Source of the DNA: a phage
Assembly: GCA_016389475.1 (NCBI GenBank)
Contig: GCA_016389475.1_3042.1
Length of the DNA: 64,000 bases
Reading direction: 5' to 3' (one strand)
The notes under the pieces are model-generated. The model did not search any database and was not told the DNA's origin. It saw only the letters and a program-made list of their open reading frames with translations. A program made the translations under genes and the position numbers. Of this stretch, positions 18,524 to 28,029 are shown piece by piece (position 1 is the first letter of the stretch; each line of letters opens with the position of its first letter).

Positions 18524-18749
18524 ATTTTGGTTTACCTTCTTTAACGAAATCAGGATAAGGATAAAATCCTGAATAAAATCCTTCACCTTTATGATTGATG
18601 CATCCTTTATTAGAACAATAGCACCAATAATCGAAATCACAAGCCATTTCATCATTACATAAAGCAAAAACAACAGGCCACTTACACTTTTCACAGTGGG
18701 CATTTTTAAGAATACTAGTTTGGCTCATAACCATGTAACCTTTAAGCAA
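18522..18749 (-). CDS. cysteine-rich small protein (75 aa)
   Basis: CEKCKW...CNDEMACDFDYWCYCSNKGC pattern, possibly metal-binding. Confidence 0.5.
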   Translation of the reverse strand: MLKGYMVMSQTSILKNAHCEKCKWPVVFALCNDEMACDFDYWCYCSNKGCINHKGEGFYSGFYPYPDFVKEGKPK

Positions 18750-18937
18750 TATTCTTCTACATGTTGTTTACGACCTTTCTTATCAATAAAGGTATATTCA
18801 ACGAATGTTCCAATGTAGTCTTTATCTACATCATGTGGACTATTAATTGGACATTTAGTACGGCAAATGCGTTCCCATTGACGAATAATTTCCACTTTGT
18901 TTTTAGGATCAAACGGATGTGGGTAATGTACTTTCAT
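18725..18937 (-). CDS. hypothetical protein (70 aa)
   Basis: Track ORF. Confidence 0.45.
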   Translation of the reverse strand: MKVHYPHPFDPKNKVEIIRQWERICRTKCPINSPHDVDKDYIGTFVEYTFIDKKGRKQHVEEYCLKVTWL

Positions 18938-19388
18938 AATCCACCACTATTAAATCAATATCAGGAGTAAACATGTCGATTAATTTAGAAACCTTATCCC
19001 AATCGCCGCCAGCAATACCACAACCTATGCGTGGAATGTAAATTACTGGTTTAAACAAAAGGGTTTCTGCCTGTAGATTTAATTCTATCATGCAGTTTAC
19101 TAAAGCACCATAATCAAGATTAGGACCTGGTTCGTATTGCGTATACAAGTTATAACATATGCCAAAACCATTAGGTTTATGTTTAAAAACTATAGACATA
19201 TCGCCTAATTTATCACGAGAACCGTACTCAGTAGTGGTTTTATCTATTTCTAAAATTTTGGGATAGGCTCTTGCTAATTGACCCGCTACACCTGAACCCA
19301 TAGTATGAAAACAATTGCACCCGTGCGCAATAATATTACCTTGAAGAAATAGGGCGACAATATCGCCCTTGATATATTTTACAATCAT
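18909..19388 (-). CDS. macro-domain-like protein (159 aa)
   Basis: N-terminal GDIV...IAHGCNCFHTMGSGVAGQLAR parallels the macro-domain signature GDI...NAAN...GGGV. Confidence 0.5.
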   Translation of the reverse strand: MIVKYIKGDIVALFLQGNIIAHGCNCFHTMGSGVAGQLARAYPKILEIDKTTTEYGSRDKLGDMSIVFKHKPNGFGICYNLYTQYEPGPNLDYGALVNCMIELNLQAETLLFKPVIYIPRIGCGIAGGDWDKVSKLIDMFTPDIDLIVVDYESTLPTSV

Positions 19389-19726
19389 CTAGTACTCAAT
19401 CCTCGATTATAAGAATCTACCAAACGGTCAACCATTGAATGACAAGCGGCTTTATCTTTCTCCTCCGCAACTGAACATTCTAAAGTATTCCACTTTTTAG
19501 CATATCGTTTTAACAATGTATCGTTTTTGTATCTACTTGATTTATCTCTTTCTCCGTCTTTATATGCATATATTAATTTCTGCGCAAATTCAGCTTGGCA
19601 TGCTTTATTTTTCCCGCAATAATCCGCTGCAGTACGGTTTACATACTCTCTAATTTCAGTATATGATGTATCTGCTAACGCAGAAAATGAAATTAATCCT
19701 ATACATAAAACCAAAATTTTAGTCAT
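19385..19726 (-). CDS. secreted small protein (113 aa) with N-terminal signal peptide
   Basis: MTKILVLCIGLISFSALA signal-like N-terminus; four cysteines. Confidence 0.5.
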   Translation of the reverse strand: MTKILVLCIGLISFSALADTSYTEIREYVNRTAADYCGKNKACQAEFAQKLIYAYKDGERDKSSRYKNDTLLKRYAKKWNTLECSVAEEKDKAACHSMVDRLVDSYNRGLSTR

Positions 19727-20264
19727 TTACTATTTCCAAAAGTTTATTATTTTTAAGGTAATTAGCCTTTTCTAGGACTTCAGAAGCATATTTAGAACCT
19801 GCTTTAACATTCCATCCCGAATTATAAGAGGATATTGCTTTTCTTATATCGCCCTTATGTATATTTAACCAATAAGAAAGTTCAATGTACGCCCAGGAAG
19901 CTGAATTGGACCGTTTATTCAACATTCTTTTTATTTCAGCATCGGTCATATTATAACCAAGTTCCTTAACTCTTGCTCGCATAGTAGGCAAATAATTTTG
20001 GAACATTCCGTAGGCGTGATGCTTTGGTTTAGATTTTAAATTAACTCCGCCAGAGCTTTCTTGCCATAAAATAGCAGCCATTATATGACCTAATCCACTC
20101 TTGTGGATGTTTTTATGTGTTTTATATTTTCCATCCTTAGAAAATTGTTCCCCGAATTGATACGCGTAACGCATGTTATCGAGTTGGACATTACTGAAAG
20201 TATGCTCGGAGCTATGTGCCATCATTGAAATGGCCAATAGACCAGCGAGTAGTGCTTTTCTCAT
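19719..20264 (-). CDS. periplasmic lytic-transglycosylase-like protein (181 aa)
   Basis: Signal peptide (MRKALLAGLLAISMMAHS). WQESSGG ... AYGMFQ resembles the SLT family-1 catalytic E-S and GLMQ motifs. Confidence 0.5.
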   Translation of the reverse strand: MRKALLAGLLAISMMAHSSEHTFSNVQLDNMRYAYQFGEQFSKDGKYKTHKNIHKSGLGHIMAAILWQESSGGVNLKSKPKHHAYGMFQNYLPTMRARVKELGYNMTDAEIKRMLNKRSNSASWAYIELSYWLNIHKGDIRKAISSYNSGWNVKAGSKYASEVLEKANYLKNNKLLEIVND

Positions 20265-20271
20265 GCTTACC

Positions 20272-20733
20272 TCATTGAGTTTTAATTACTGCTTTAGAAG
20301 CCTTTCCTGGTAAACGACGACTGTTGATAATTGCCATCCTGCATTGGAGTGACGGGTCTTTGAACTTCTCATTAGGTTTACAAACTGTAAATCCAAGCCA
20401 AAGATTTCCATCTGTGATTTCTAAACGTCCAGGACGATATTCAACCCCATCAATAAAATCCTCGTCAATGTCAGGACGCGGAGGCATACTCAGGAATTCA
20501 TTAACTTCTAAAACATGGTCTTTTATTTTGTGGAATAATTCAAAAACATATGTCTCATCAATCTCCCGTTGAATTGCACGATCAAGAAGATGTTGAGAAT
20601 ATTTTAGATGAAACGATGAGACTCCTGCTGCTTTTGATGCCTCACGAATCTCATTGTTAATTTGACGAAACTCCGACTCAAAATGACGACGAAGCTTATT
20701 TCGACGGATAAAAACTTCTGTATTGATAGTCAT
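20272..20733 (-). CDS. regB: sequence-specific endoribonuclease RegB
   Basis: 153 aa, MTINTEVFIRRNKLRRHF..., recognised as T4 RegB; canonical early promoter directly upstream. Confidence 0.8.
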   Translation of the reverse strand: MTINTEVFIRRNKLRRHFESEFRQINNEIREASKAAGVSSFHLKYSQHLLDRAIQREIDETYVFELFHKIKDHVLEVNEFLSMPPRPDIDEDFIDGVEYRPGRLEITDGNLWLGFTVCKPNEKFKDPSLQCRMAIINSRRLPGKASKAVIKTQ

Positions 20734-20754
20734 GTTGTTCTCCTCTTAACTGAT

Positions 20755-20795
20755 AGAAAAATTATACCACAGTCAAGAGGAAAAGTAAACAGTTA
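20755..20795 (-). promoter_or_regulatory. early promoter (GTTTAC-N18-TATAAT) for regB
   Basis: Minus-strand GTTTAC at 20790..20785, TATAAT at 20766..20761 with TGG extended -10, then GAGGAG SD and ATG. Confidence 0.7.
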
Positions 20796-21071
20796 TTCTT
20801 TAAATCTAATCAATTTATTCATAGACTTTGAAACTTCTGCACGAACCTCATGTAAGTTTTTAAGCTGTTCAAGACGCTGCTCATAGTAAGCAATTTCATC
20901 TTCTTCGAGACAGTCCTGTGAATCTTCTTTAAGATAACGTGCATAGTCCTGAAAAGCTTTACGGACTACTTCCTGGAAGTCATCAAGACTTTGAATTTTC
21001 TTAGGAGCGGCAGATACACGACGAGGTGCAGTATAATACTCATAACCAAACCCTGCGCTTAATTGAGCCAT
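20793..21071 (-). CDS. hypothetical protein (start probably the internal ATG at 21071)
   Basis: Track ORF 20793..21113; internal Met gives a compact junction. Confidence 0.45.
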   Translation of the reverse strand: MAQLSAGFGYEYYTAPRRVSAAPKKIQSLDDFQEVVRKAFQDYARYLKEDSQDCLEEDEIAYYEQRLEQLKNLHEVRAEVSKSMNKLIRFKE

Positions 21072-21337
21072 TAGTATTTTTCCTCTGGTTGGAACACTGC
21101 GCGACAAGCCCACATACTAGCTTCTTTGAGTTTCGTTTTAGCAATAGTTAACTGATCGAGGCTTTCAGCATAATTCTTCGCGAGTTCATCATCTTCACAG
21201 CTATCGAATGCTTCCCAGAATTCATCGTATAAAGCATCAAAGATAAGTCCTAAACGAACTTCAGCGTCTTTGATAGCATTCACTTTACCGATTTTCTCTT
21301 CAGTATGCGGCTTATAACCTTTAATGTCTTCAATCAT
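21071..21337 (-). CDS. hypothetical acidic protein
   Basis: Track ORF 21071..21373 trimmed to the internal Met. Confidence 0.4.
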   Translation of the reverse strand: MIEDIKGYKPHTEEKIGKVNAIKDAEVRLGLIFDALYDEFWEAFDSCEDDELAKNYAESLDQLTIAKTKLKEASMWACRAVFQPEEKY

Positions 21338-21551
21338 ATTTGACTTCCTCACCAGTACATAAATCATATTCAACTAAACGAATAGGTTCATGAATGCCAT
21401 ATCCTTGAACAGAAATTTCTGTCGTAGGATAAATTCCATCAATATCACCCATATTCCAGGCTTCATTAAATTGCTGTTCGCCTGAATTACTAAACCACTC
21501 GGCGAAAGCATTTAGCACATCTTCAGAACCTTCAATAATTATCTTTGCCAT
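21330..21551 (-). CDS. hypothetical protein (73 aa)
   Basis: Track ORF. Confidence 0.45.
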   Translation of the reverse strand: MAKIIIEGSEDVLNAFAEWFSNSGEQQFNEAWNMGDIDGIYPTTEISVQGYGIHEPIRLVEYDLCTGEEVKYD

Positions 21552-21913
21552 TACAAACTCTCGGTGAATGTACGAGCGATAACGTCGCGCTGCTGTTCCG
21601 GAGTCAGAGAGTTAAAGCGAACTGCATAACCTGATACACGGATGGTCAGCTGCGGATATTTTTCCGGATGCTTAACTGCATCTTCCAGAGTTTCACGACG
21701 CAGAACGTTAACGTTCAGGTGTTGACCACCTTCAATTTTAACTGCAGGCTGTTGCTCAATTTCAATTTCACGGGCATGCAAACCATAGAAAATTTCTGGG
21801 TCTACAAAAGAGTCCTCTTTAAAGGTTTTAGAAACGATAATTCGTGCTTGAATACCATCTTCAAAATAAATAGTACCTTTGTGTATGCCTTCAAGAATTT
21901 GATATGCTTTCAT
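21551..21913 (-). CDS. autonomous glycyl radical cofactor (GrcA/YfiD-like)
   Basis: 120 aa. C-terminal ...[59 protein letters not shown] is near-identical to E. coli GrcA as I recall it, with the RVSGY glycyl-radical motif. T4 carries a homolog (Y06I). Confidence 0.85.
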   Translation of the reverse strand: MKAYQILEGIHKGTIYFEDGIQARIIVSKTFKEDSFVDPEIFYGLHAREIEIEQQPAVKIEGGQHLNVNVLRRETLEDAVKHPEKYPQLTIRVSGYAVRFNSLTPEQQRDVIARTFTESL

Positions 21914-21920
21914 ATAAACC

Positions 21921-22301
21921 TCAATTAGAAAATAAATTTATCCAAGATTGTTCTTTAATTAAAAACGGCTCAGAATCATATGCCATTAAACTTTGCGTAA
22001 TTAATCCTTTAAAAGGTCCATCAATAAATTCCATGGTAAAATATGGAATTTTATTCATTAGCCGTGCATTAGGAGCAGTACATAAAACTCTGCATCCTTT
22101 GAATACACCTTTTTGTAATTTGTATTGCTTGGGATAAAATTCGCTCAAAATGTTATTATTTGCTAAAATTTCAAAATGATTCACCAATTTATTTTTAATA
22201 GTTTTTGGCGAAAAATAAAGATATTCGAAAAGTTGCGTATCTGTCATCATTGCATTCCAATTACGAAAAACTGCGGACGAGTAATACCACCAATACAGCA
22301 T
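21921..22301 (-). CDS. hypothetical protein
   Basis: Track ORF; start likely at an internal Met. Confidence 0.4.
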   Translation of the reverse strand: MLYWWYYSSAVFRNWNAMMTDTQLFEYLYFSPKTIKNKLVNHFEILANNNILSEFYPKQYKLQKGVFKGCRVLCTAPNARLMNKIPYFTMEFIDGPFKGLITQSLMAYDSEPFLIKEQSWINLFSN

Positions 22302-22837
22302 TTACTATTGCAGCAATATTGCACAGTTTCAATATGAATATCGTAAATTTTATCCATATCAGGAGATTTAACAGGCTCATCGATTATATACAAAATTCGA
22401 GAAAGCGATAAACCTCTGAACTTGCTACCTCTATTACCAACAAAACTACGGACAGAATCAGTAAATAAACGGAATCGAATATCATCGCTAGAATAACGAG
22501 AAAATTCTTTTTTAATGCGGCCCACAGAAATTTTAGCGTAAGCTGAAGTATTAGAAAGAACAATAACTGTTCCACCATCATACAACCAATTAGCGGCAAA
22601 ATTAGTTACTGCAGTTGATTTACCGGATTGTCTGCCACCATCTAAACGAAGTGTACAATATTCTTTAAATAAATACGACGAATCAGGTACATAAAATCCA
22701 CTATTACAAATTTCTTCTACTCTAGCGTCAGAATGGTGTGTAAAAGCATTCATCAGGGATAGATAAGGACCAGTTAAAAATGTTCTCATTTTATTCTCTC
22801 TAAATTTGGGCCATTCCATGGCGCATGAATTGTCCAT
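22247..22837 (-). CDS. P-loop-containing protein (196 aa)
   Basis: Walker A-like GGRQSGKST and hhhhDE (ILYIIDEP). Confidence 0.45.
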   Translation of the reverse strand: MDNSCAMEWPKFRENKMRTFLTGPYLSLMNAFTHHSDARVEEICNSGFYVPDSSYLFKEYCTLRLDGGRQSGKSTAVTNFAANWLYDGGTVIVLSNTSAYAKISVGRIKKEFSRYSSDDIRFRLFTDSVRSFVGNRGSKFRGLSLSRILYIIDEPVKSPDMDKIYDIHIETVQYCCNSKCCIGGITRPQFFVIGMQ

Positions 22838-22930
22838 TTCTGTATTTACCCATTACCGCACTTGGGCTCGACCTTATTACAGGTTGGCGGGAATCCCTCA
22901 CAGAATCATGAGGTCCAGCTTGTTCCCATA

Positions 22931-23404
22931 TTATTTGAACGATTTAACGTACTGAATAGAACCTTTACTATTTACAAAGGCAATTTTACCATTTTTATTA
23001 TACATGGTAGCAGTACGCTGATAGCCATAAGTTTGCTTACCAGATTGATAACCAACTAATGCAAAATTATCTTCACCCATTTTATTCTGTTTAGCGCGAA
23101 TGCGTTCATGACCATGTGCCATAAGAACCTTAGCATCACCAGTTACAATGGATCGACGAGTTTTTTCATCTTCAACTGTATTAACAAAGTCGTCAAATGA
23201 ATCAAATTTAGCATGAGATTTATTATACAGTTTTCCATCTACTGCATAATTATATCCCTGTACATCCATCTCAACTTCTGTACCATCATCCAATACAGCA
23301 GTAATTTTCTGTCCTTTTTTAAATTTCAAAAGATCAGTAAAAGATTCAGCAATAATTTGAGAATTAATAGCTGCTTCAGTGATAAATTCTTGATATGTTT
23401 TCAT
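22931..23404 (-). CDS. capsid internal protein (IP family) with N-terminal capsid-targeting sequence
   Basis: N-terminus MKTYQEFITEA matches the T-even internal-protein CTS. Basic 157-aa protein at the ipIII/ipII position upstream of e. Confidence 0.65.
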   Translation of the reverse strand: MKTYQEFITEAAINSQIIAESFTDLLKFKKGQKITAVLDDGTEVEMDVQGYNYAVDGKLYNKSHAKFDSFDDFVNTVEDEKTRRSIVTGDAKVLMAHGHERIRAKQNKMGEDNFALVGYQSGKQTYGYQRTATMYNKNGKIAFVNSKGSIQYVKSFK

Positions 23405-23454
23405 GTGTTTCCTTTAAATATTTTAATTAGTAATTTGTCTCTTCAAGCAACTGT

Positions 23455-23490
23455 GAATATACTATCACAATTCTAGGAGAAAGTAAACAA
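23455..23490 (-). promoter_or_regulatory. early promoter (GTTTAC-N18-TAGTAT) for the internal-protein gene
   Basis: Minus-strand GTTTAC at 23488..23483; -10 at 23464..23459. Confidence 0.5.
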
Positions 23491-23492
23491 CT

Positions 23493-24023
<531 letters not shown>

Positions 24024-24479
24024 TTAAAAGAGGCTGTTCATTATTCGGTAAAGTGAAGGACCCATCACATATTGCCACTGAGTACGAGGAATAAGAGCAA
24101 AAGCATCCATCTCTGGAATCATAACGCCATCTTTATTTTCAAAATAAGACTCGCAATGGCAATTTCTGAACATCTCATGCTCTACTGGAATCGTATAATA
24201 AAATAACTGTAAGTCTTTATTACTAGAATATTTAAATATACCTAGGTCTTCTAGAAGGTCTGGATTATAATTGCTAAAACCGGTCTCTTCTAAGCATTCT
24301 CTTTTTGCAGCTTCCAGTGCATTCAAATCAGAACTTTCTACACGCCCCTTTGGAATATCCCAGCGATGTGCCATCATTCCAGGCTTACGAGAACCAGTAA
24401 CCCGACCCATAAATAAATCTTTATCTTCTGTCATAAAGATAATACCAGCTGATAGTGTTTTCATTTTAATTTCCTGCAT
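24024..24479 (-). CDS. nudE: Nudix hydrolase
   Basis: 151 aa with Nudix box GRVESSDLNALEAAKRECLEETG; position after e as in T4 e.1. Confidence 0.8.
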   Translation of the reverse strand: MQEIKMKTLSAGIIFMTEDKDLFMGRVTGSRKPGMMAHRWDIPKGRVESSDLNALEAAKRECLEETGFSNYNPDLLEDLGIFKYSSNKDLQLFYYTIPVEHEMFRNCHCESYFENKDGVMIPEMDAFALIPRTQWQYVMGPSLYRIMNSLF

Positions 24480-24949
24480 TCAGTGATAAAGTTATTTAAA
24501 TTTTGAGTATATTTCTTTTCATCAAAAATCTTTTGTTGTCTGCGTAGTCGCCATGGCATTTCAATGAACGTGTACCATATCCCAGATAATATTGCTGCAG
24601 TAAAAATATTAACAAGTATAGTTAAAAGAATCCAATCTCCTATTCTGTCCATTGGATTTTTTATAAAAAAGTAAAATACGAATGATGTCACAGGAAGACT
24701 AATAATATACCACAGAATCATAATTTTATCTGTGAACCAATCAGCGTTCGTTAACTTAGCGCGACCATTATGAATACACACGAATTTATCATCTGTTATA
24801 ATAGATGGCTTAGCTGCTTGATATCCCATTCTAAACTCCCTAATCAACAAATTTTTCATATCTTCGGAACAACCATTCCAGTCAACTCTATCAACTGAAA
24901 TGCCATCATCCCCATCATCTAAATCATACCAGCGAGTTTTTAAAATCAT
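24461..24949 (-). CDS. membrane protein (162 aa)
   Basis: Two hydrophobic helices (IMILWYIISLPVTSFVFYFFI; WILLTILVNIFTAAILSGIWYTFI). Confidence 0.5.
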   Translation of the reverse strand: MILKTRWYDLDDGDDGISVDRVDWNGCSEDMKNLLIREFRMGYQAAKPSIITDDKFVCIHNGRAKLTNADWFTDKIMILWYIISLPVTSFVFYFFIKNPMDRIGDWILLTILVNIFTAAILSGIWYTFIEMPWRLRRQQKIFDEKKYTQNLNNFITECRKLK

Positions 24950-25320
24950 TTAATTTTCCTACAATCACTCACAAACTCTTCCATTGATTCTTTTTCAATA
25001 TAAGACATGTAGCTATTATATTCCTTTAATTGTATTTTGTAATCTTTTTTTCTTTGCCAATTTATTTTAAAATTATCATAATGAAAATATAACATGGTAC
25101 CAAAGAATGAAAATAATGAAATCGCTATAGTATAATGAAGTTCACTCCAAACTTCTATTATATCTATTATACCGCTGACGTTACTACGGATGTTTAAAAT
25201 AAGACAGTCAATTAACAATCCAAAAAGACTACCCGCAAGAGCTGCAGCCAACGCTACAGCAAAAATTAAAAATGACTCAGGAAGAGAATATTTGACTTTA
25301 TTTAGTTTTGGCTTTTGCAT
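24946..25320 (-). CDS. membrane protein (124 aa)
   Basis: Hydrophobic helices; ATGA overlap downstream. Confidence 0.5.
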   Translation of the reverse strand: MQKPKLNKVKYSLPESFLIFAVALAAALAGSLFGLLIDCLILNIRSNVSGIIDIIEVWSELHYTIAISLFSFFGTMLYFHYDNFKINWQRKKDYKIQLKEYNSYMSYIEKESMEEFVSDCRKIK

Positions 25321-25715
25321 CGTGATTCCTTAACAAATTTCATAATTTCATCAAATTCATGCGCAGCAAGTTTAAGCTGATGTTCCTTTTTAATCTTTTT
25401 ACACTGAGCTTTCCAATCACGTACACGTTTACGATAGTGTCTTCCTTGATACCAATATCCTATCCAATTTATAGGTACTAATAAAAGCGGAACTACCAAC
25501 GGAAGAATTAGTGTTGCTCCAAATATTGCACCAGATTCAATATCAGTCATAACGTCTATAACCATTCCAGCAATCACCAGAATCACAAATGATACAACTA
25601 CCACAGGACCTATTAACACATCAGTAGAAATTATCTGACGCTTTAATTCATACTTCAACGGTTTACTTGGAAGGTATAGTGATGGTTTTGACATATTCTC
25701 TACATTCCTTAACAA
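25302..25715 (-). CDS. membrane protein (137 aa)
   Basis: Hydrophobic helices (VLIGPVVVVSFVILVIAGMVI; IFGATLILPLVVPLLLVPINWIGYWY). Confidence 0.5.
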   Translation of the reverse strand: MLRNVENMSKPSLYLPSKPLKYELKRQIISTDVLIGPVVVVSFVILVIAGMVIDVMTDIESGAIFGATLILPLVVPLLLVPINWIGYWYQGRHYRKRVRDWKAQCKKIKKEHQLKLAAHEFDEIMKFVKESRCKSQN

Positions 25716-26265
25716 ATTTTTCTAATAATAAATCGCTTTCAAAATTGGGATTTTCTACGAATTTATCAAAAAGATCATCGACAATAGTTAAGATATTCTT
25801 TTTACTAAGAATACGTTTATTTTCATATTTTGTTTCAGAGTCAACTATAAGAGTAAAGAAATATTTCTTGCCCTGAAATTTTACAGTAGTATCAATATAG
25901 AATAAATTTGACTTTTGTAAATTACGTTTAAACCATGCATCACTTAAACTATAAACGCCAAGATAATCATAATCGTCGTTTAAATAACAGACCGTCCATT
26001 CAGGAGAAACAAAATCAGTAAATTCAACGTCAAAATCGCATGTTAATGAATGAATTGATTCAATACTGTTAATAAGTATTCCAGGACGTATTAAAGACTT
26101 TTTACCTCTAGAAAATCTTCCAGAAAGATTTTCATCAGTTTCATATGAAGAACCCCAATAATAATTACGTCCTTCTGCCATACGTTTAAGAGCATTTAAT
26201 AATTGGTCTGGAACATCAACTTGTCTTTGGAATTCTTCAAACATTGAATTGAAATCACTTTGCAT
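25663..26265 (-). CDS. hypothetical protein (200 aa)
   Basis: Track ORF. Confidence 0.5.
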   Translation of the reverse strand: MQSDFNSMFEEFQRQVDVPDQLLNALKRMAEGRNYYWGSSYETDENLSGRFSRGKKSLIRPGILINSIESIHSLTCDFDVEFTDFVSPEWTVCYLNDDYDYLGVYSLSDAWFKRNLQKSNLFYIDTTVKFQGKKYFFTLIVDSETKYENKRILSKKNILTIVDDLFDKFVENPNFESDLLLEKFVKECREYVKTITIPSK

Positions 26266-26313
26266 TTTTCATTCCTATTTACTCCAAGTAATAGGGGCCG
26301 AAGCCCCTTATCA

Positions 26314-26907
26314 TTATTTCAGAGAATTAATATATTCCTGAACATCGGCAGAGGTAGTTTCAACCCCAGAAATATTGCCATTAAAGGTTTCAACTCGGGC
26401 AAGAGTATCTTCAATATCAACCTTAGTCAGCGCTGCAATTTCAACTACATCATCAGCAGTACTAATTCCGAGGGCATTCGCGGCGCGAGTTTCACGGATA
26501 TATTCCAATTTAACTGCAAGTTCTTGGCGAGCATCATCTAACTCAACTACTTTCTTGGCGATTTCAATTCGCATTTCAGCATAACCATCAGCTTTAGTAG
26601 TCAGCTGCTCAGCTGTTCGACGATATAGTAAACCGAGTTTAGCATGCATTGTTACATCTTGACCTTCAGAAAGGAGCTTGCGAATTTCGCGCTCTTTTGA
26701 TTCGGCCTGCTTATTCTTTTCGACAATAAGTTCACGAATACGCTTTTCTTCGTTAATAGATTTAATGGAAGCAGTTTTTAGGTCTTTAATCTTATCAAGT
26801 AGTTTTGCTGCTGCAGCAGTATACTGTTCTTCAACAGATAGATTTTTAGCCATAACAGAACCAAGTTTAGTGCGAATAAACTCAACAATTTTCTTCAGTG
26901 TGTTCAT
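26314..26907 (-). CDS. coiled-coil protein (197 aa)
   Basis: Extended heptad-rich sequence rich in E/K/R/L. Confidence 0.5.
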   Translation of the reverse strand: MNTLKKIVEFIRTKLGSVMAKNLSVEEQYTAAAAKLLDKIKDLKTASIKSINEEKRIRELIVEKNKQAESKEREIRKLLSEGQDVTMHAKLGLLYRRTAEQLTTKADGYAEMRIEIAKKVVELDDARQELAVKLEYIRETRAANALGISTADDVVEIAALTKVDIEDTLARVETFNGNISGVETTSADVQEYINSLK

Positions 26908-26949
26908 AGTATTTCCTTAGGTTGATTAAAATTAAAATCCACAGAAAAA

Positions 26950-27483
26950 TTATATCATGCTATTTAAGAGATGTAAACTATTTTTAATTTTACAAATTCG
27001 TTCAGCTTCTTCAACAGCGGCAGTGATAATGCTTTTAGCTATAGGAGTACTAATACTAGTAGCTTTTACACTTAACACGATTTCTTTATCTTTACCAGGC
27101 CAACCCCACGATTTTTCACCATGAGTGCCTTTAATTACAGCAGACACCTCAAGTGAGCATCCATTATCACATGTTTTTACATTAACAACCCAAGTGTCAC
27201 TTTTCTCAACCGGTTTATCCCAGTAAATATTGAGAATACGCGGGACATCAAATTTAGCAGGGCAAATCTTAACCGTAAGACCTTCGCTTTCTAGCCAATT
27301 AATAAGAGGACGTTCATACATGCGGCGATGTGGGCTTTGAACTCGACAAGCCTTGTACCCATTGCTTGCGGCTTCACTAAGCTCTTCTAATACCTGCTTT
27401 TGCATTATTGATAAGATACCATCAAAAGATTTTTCGGAAGTTTCATTCAGTTCGGTATAAAGAGACATAACAGTTTTCCTCAA
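26950..27483 (-). CDS. hypothetical protein (177 aa)
   Basis: Track ORF. Confidence 0.5.
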   Translation of the reverse strand: MRKTVMSLYTELNETSEKSFDGILSIMQKQVLEELSEAASNGYKACRVQSPHRRMYERPLINWLESEGLTVKICPAKFDVPRILNIYWDKPVEKSDTWVVNVKTCDNGCSLEVSAVIKGTHGEKSWGWPGKDKEIVLSVKATSISTPIAKSIITAAVEEAERICKIKNSLHLLNSMI

Positions 27484-27524
27484 ATTATAGGCTCATAATA
27501 TCTCAATCATGAGCCTATGTAAAC

Positions 27525-27800
27525 TTATTTCATATTATTGAAATATTCTTCTGCAATTTCGTCGTTATCATGATAAACTTTAGAAGACAGTTTAACATAA
27601 CCTTCAGCAGTGAACATGTTAATCACAACCTTTACAGTATACCACTGACCATCTTCATTACCCATTACTGCGTAAGTTTCAAACATCGGATGATCAGGAC
27701 CGATAACTTTAATATCATTCACTGTACGACCAAAATCTTCTGAAACACATTTCATAAAGAAGTTGAACAGTTCGCCGTAATTATCCATTTCATTCTCCAA
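27525..27800 (-). CDS. hypothetical acidic protein (91 aa)
   Basis: ORF preceded by an early promoter and GGAG SD. Confidence 0.5.
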   Translation of the reverse strand: MENEMDNYGELFNFFMKCVSEDFGRTVNDIKVIGPDHPMFETYAVMGNEDGQWYTVKVVINMFTAEGYVKLSSKVYHDNDEIAEEYFNNMK

Positions 27801-27824
27801 GTTGTTTTCTGTATCAGTAGTTGA

Positions 27825-27862
27825 TAGTTGTATAGTACCATGGAAGAACAGGGATGTAAACA
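27825..27862 (-). promoter_or_regulatory. early promoter (GTTTAC-N18-TACTAT)
   Basis: Minus-strand GTTTAC at 27860..27855; -10 at 27836..27831; shared leader TCAACTACTGA. Confidence 0.55.
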
Positions 27863-27990
27863 GTTTTGTGAAAAATTTTTTAAAAAGTTTTGGGGAATTC
27901 TAGGGCAAGGAGGGGAAATCAAAGGATAGGATAATATATTATAAAGGGTAGAAACTAAATGATGCCTAGAGAGGCCTGGAAAGGCCTAGA

Positions 27991-28022
27991 TACCAAAAAG
28001 CCCCAACCTTTTGGTCGGGGCT
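27991..28022 (-). terminator. rho-independent terminator (copy A of a duplicated hairpin)
   Basis: AGCCCCGACC-aaaa-GGTTGGGGCT hairpin followed by a U-run on the minus strand, just downstream of the 28030..28503 gene. Confidence 0.6.
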
Positions 28023-28029
28023 AAGAATG

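Noticed and set aside
18518-18703. 61-aa ORF in an alternative frame to 18522..18749
   Set aside because: Hydrophobic low-complexity translation fully overlapping the Cys-rich ORF, which has the better junction geometry.
26314-26907. PspA/IM30-family assignment for the 197-aa coiled-coil protein
   Set aside because: Only general coiled-coil character and similar length; I could not align specific conserved positions, so it stays a generic coiled-coil protein.
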